Shown here: positions 59,679 to 64,000 of the stretch, piece after piece | Position numbering within the stretch: the stretch's first letter is position 1 | Layout: each line of letters starts with the position of its first letter | Source of the DNA: the human T2T-CHM13v2.0 reference genome, Homo sapiens | Strand: one strand, 5' to 3' | Assembly: GCF_009914755.1 (NCBI RefSeq) | Contig: NC_060928.1 | Length of the DNA: 64,000 bases | Notes under the pieces: model-generated | What the model was told of the DNA's origin: nothing | Database searches by the model: none | What the model saw: only the letters and a program-made list of their open reading frames with translations | Position numbers and translations under genes: made by a program

Positions 59679-60311
59679 TTATCTTCCCTTCCTTTTCTTC
59701 TTTTTCTCATTTCTTACGTATAATATAATAATGCTGTGTTTTGAAGGCAAACTTTCAAATGCCTTTGGATAGTTGTGGGGATTTTGCATCCCTTTGCTAC
59801 AAAACATGTCTTTTAGAAGATGTTGAAGACAAATCCTTCTTTAAAGCCCATTCGTCTATGGGCATCATTGATAAGATAACCAAGGTGATTTAAATAAGTA
59901 AAAAGTTATTTCAGTTGGGGCCTTGCATATGTAGAGGGGAAATGAAGAAAGTGTTCTCAAGAACTCTGAATCTCAAATCTCACAAACTCCCCACTCTTCC
60001 AGTTTGAACTGGACACATCTGTATGTTAGGCCCTAGATTTTACAACTTTATTGCCTTTTCTTTGGACCAGTTTTATGGGAATGGCCTGTGAAACAGCACC
60101 TATGCAGAGTAGGGAAAGCTAACTCAAGATAGAGGCAAAACCAGAGAAATCAGGTGTTTACAAGGAGTCAAGAAAGTATTTACCTTTTAAGAAGGGCAAG
60201 AAATTGTGGTGAAAATATACTTGAATATATTGAATCTATATTTACCTTTCTAAGCAGGTTATACTTCTCAGTATATAAACATTTGGAACCGAGGGGTTCC
60301 AATCTGCATTT

Positions 60312-60795
<484 letters not shown>

Positions 60796-61029
60796 GAACT
60801 AGCTGGTGGATTTGTCATTCTTGTATGAAAATTTCTACTTGCCTACAGTGATGGCTTTCCTGCTTTGGGTTTTTATAGTATTTGGCTTTTTGTGAGATTC
60901 GTATATTTAAAATAAAATTTAATATCTATTAAATATTAAAGCTACTTGCTGGCTAGTAGTTTCAATAATTTATTATGTATATCTTGCACAATGTCCTAGT
61001 TTCTTATTTTTTGTTTTTCTTAGAGCCTC

Positions 61030-61395
61030 GTAGAGCTTAGATTAGAGTGAGCTGAGTGAGGCACTCAGCTTGGAGACCCAATTTAAGGGGGTTTCAAATA
61101 CCTCAATAATGAAATTTTAATGAAATATTTAAAAAATCAAAATTAATGCAAAAAATCCACGATGAACATCTTATCAAAATTTTAAATAAAGACAAGACCT
61201 ACTCTGCACTTGAACAATTCTGTCTCATTCACCTCACCCTAATCCTGGCCCTGGTTCCAATGAAACTTAGTTTAAAAACAAGCATCTAGCCCCCGGGGCA
61301 TAGTTTATTGGTTAGAAACAAAATCACATTAAGCTGTTATTGATTACTGCATTTTCTGGCACCCCTTAATATTTTGCATCCTAGTCCTGGTCCTA
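61030..61395. mobile_element. MER96B-like (hAT-Tip100) element
   Basis: 'gtgagctgagtgaggcac...aatttaagggg...aaaaatcaaaattaatgcaaaaaatccacgatgaac', 'cacctcaccctaatcctggccctg'. Confidence 0.7.
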
Positions 61396-62324
61396 CCTCT
61401 CAGCTACCCTTAGAGTTGATTAAATCCCACTGTATTACTTCTATAGGTAAAGTTTATGTGAAAGCTCACAGAGGTGATAGGACTAGCCCAGGTTGAGCAG
61501 ACAAGAAATAATAGGGTTAAACTTACCATGGTTTTATGTCCTCTATCTTCCCAATTAAATTCCTTGAGGATAATATTTTCGGTTCTTATTTCTTTCTGTT
61601 ATACAGTGCCATGAGTAAAGCAGTCTCCCCAACCCCTGTACTTGTGATTGTCCTGCTATCTGCCTACCATCAGTTATTTGTGTGACCTTAAAGGAGCTGC
61701 GTAGTTCTTGTTGTCTACATGGCATCCCAATTCTGGGTAAATTCAATGAAATAGAAAAGAAAAGAGTAGAAAGCAAAACAAAACCTTTCCCTGAAACTAA
61801 AATCCACTTTCATCTCACTTACATAGACAAAATAGCTGACTCAGTATTTGAAATTTTTTTTAATCAACTGGTTTGTAGTGATGTATGGATACAAGCAGAG
61901 TTCCCTAATACTTAAGACAGATTCATCTCCTTAGTAGAAGTTAGTAGAATTAATAAATAATAATTGAATGCTGTCCACAAAAGACAATGTTTGAGCTGGT
62001 AATTATTAGACCAGGTGGCTAGTGTTTCTTCATTTTCTCAAGAGGTGGGAAAAATATAAGAATTTTCAGTCTAATAACAATTATATAAAATAGCACAAGG
62101 TATGGGCAGGGGCGTGTGTGATGGCGGGAAAGCAGTGGGGAGGGAGGAGTTGGAAAAGAGGAAAGCACAGTCATCTTATATGGTTTTTTGGTTAAAACTA
62201 TGAGAGATTTGTGGGTTTCACATCAGTCAACTTTCATTATTCTTGTTCCCATCTTCTCTGATTCACATGGTTTCAGTTTCTTTTGAGACGTCTTTGGTTC
62301 AAAACTTTATGGCCATGAAACAGA

Positions 62325-62396
62325 GTTTTAAAAACAGTTTAAAATTTTTTTAAATTTTAAAACTGTTTTAAACTGTTTTAAAAACAGTTTAAAATT
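62325..62396. repeat. Nested direct/inverted AT-rich repeat
   Basis: 22-bp direct repeat (62325-62346, 62375-62396) and perfect 14-bp inverted repeat (62366-62379 / 62381-62394). Confidence 0.92.
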
Positions 62397-63224
62397 GACA
62401 AAAAGTTTTGGAAGCAATCAGTGAGTTTTGCACAACTTTACTAGCAGTTATTTTTAGTGTGAAAAATGGTGCTATTCTATGATAAACATGGGTTAGGAAT
62501 GTTTATGTCATTATTATGTAGCTACTTAGAGAAATAAGACCACAGTGTTACATATGTTTGTTGGAAATGGAACTTATTGGAAAGTTAAAAGGTGGAGATT
62601 ATAATATATATACAATATGTGAGAAATATATTTTTTATATATGAGGAATATATTACATGGAGGCATAATTTCATTGTGTTGAAAACAGCATTTGCTTAAA
62701 CTGGAGAAGAGATAGCTATTTTGCATTCCACAAATTGTATTTAATATTACATTTAAAAAATGATAACTTTCAACAGTTTGAGATCTCTTTTGAAGCCCAG
62801 ATATAATTTTCATTGTGACAAAATAGGATGAAACAGGAAAGTTATTGAAAGATAGCATTGATTTAAAAAAGAGGTAAAAAGTATATTTTCTTGTGGAATC
62901 AATTTTATATGGATGGCATAAATTTAATCCTTTGACTTATTTGTCTGCTAATCCTGTGATACATAATAAATTCATAGTTCAATTAATTGGATATATTGTA
63001 TATAGTGACTCATTTAAGGAAAATGAGCTATCATGATCCAGAAGTATTTATGGGGTGACTAAAAGTTCAAGGTGCTGGCTTTACAACATCAGTAAACAGA
63101 CTTTATACTTCTAGGAACTTAGATCTAAAATCAAAAAGAGAAAAAAAAGGAAGATGACATCAGAAGAAGGTTAAGCAATCAAAAAGTAATCATGCAAGAC
63201 ACATACCGGATGCAATAGAAACTA

Positions 63225-63700
63225 GATAATCACTCATTTCACAGTTCATTAATAAATATCTACTGGAGGGAGGAAAGGAAAGAAAATGTTTTGAGTACCA
63301 ACTATTACCAGGCACTGTAACAAATACTTTATATTCTCTCAATTACGGTGAAATGGAGGGCATAAGGCCAAGGCATCCGAGAGAAATCTGAACATATGAG
63401 GAAGAACATTAGCTTTCATTCAGGAGGAAAACACATGAAAAATAGGGAGTAGGTGACTGGGCAGAAGTGGAAGGTTTTTAAAAGGTAATTTTGGAAAGTT
63501 GGCTACCTGGGACTGTACTGTGGAGGGCTCTTTAGCACAAGCTCAGGCATGCTCATCTTTATGTAGGTAAGGGAACCTGAAGTGTTTTTCAGCAGAGAGA
63601 ATGTAAATGGCAGACACGATGGAGCCTGGCGAGCCATGGGGCCACGTGGAGATAGGGGGAGAGGAGAGTGGGCTTGACTTTGAAGACAGCGTTCTTACAT
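63225..63700 (-). mobile_element. L2/MIR fragments (diverged)
   Basis: 'ttcattaataaatatctact', 'actattaccaggcactgt', 'gaagtgtttttcagcagagagaatg'. Confidence 0.4.
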
Positions 63701-64000
63701 GGCTCTATAGAAGTAAGTTTTCTTTGAATAGCCCTGACTAGTAGTGATTTTATTCATTTAATTATCAATAATTCAGAGCCACAAATATTTTCTCTGGCTT
63801 GCTGTCTATCTAAAAGCATCTGATTGTGAGAAGTAAATGTCGAATAAATAAAATGTTAAATGTTTAGGATAGGCCAATGTTTAGAGTCAGTTGGTGGTGA
63901 TGTTCAAGGAAAGGTACACAAGAGTGTTCCTCTTCTCTTCCTCCTATTAAAACAATTTCTTGAGAGAAGTAGGAAGCAGGAATTTCCTGAAGTGAGGAAG

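Overview
AT-rich, CpG-poor primate (hominoid, probably human) intergenic or intronic DNA. I found no supportable host protein-coding exon, RNA gene, CpG island or prokaryote-type system. The ORF track is almost entirely Alu/L1/LTR translation or chance. The window is a layered transposon record: about 16 Alus (J/S/Y, many with visible TSDs); a 5.8-kb degenerate L1PA7/8-like element on the minus strand (23267-29129); a 5'-truncated L1PA3-like copy with a 13-bp TSD; a complete THE1D/MST-type MaLR provirus; solo LTRs (MER21, MLT1, MLT2A1, THE1C); hAT MITEs (MER3 x2, MER1B, MER58A, MER96B, MER5); and old MIR/L2/L1M fragments. Family names come from recalled consensus sequences, not from a database search. 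I did not find a new biological system. The most unusual items are: (1) a fold-back inverted duplication at the L1 5' end; (2) a dense cluster of A/T-to-G/C substitutions inside one MER3 copy, suggestive of GC-biased gene conversion; (3) several perfect hairpins that look like template-switch mutations, some replacing known Alu sequence; (4) a cluster of DUX4/ZGA-type LTRs, two with intact DUX4 motifs; (5) a possible micro 3' transduction; (6) a strong G4 motif and a long polypurine tract.
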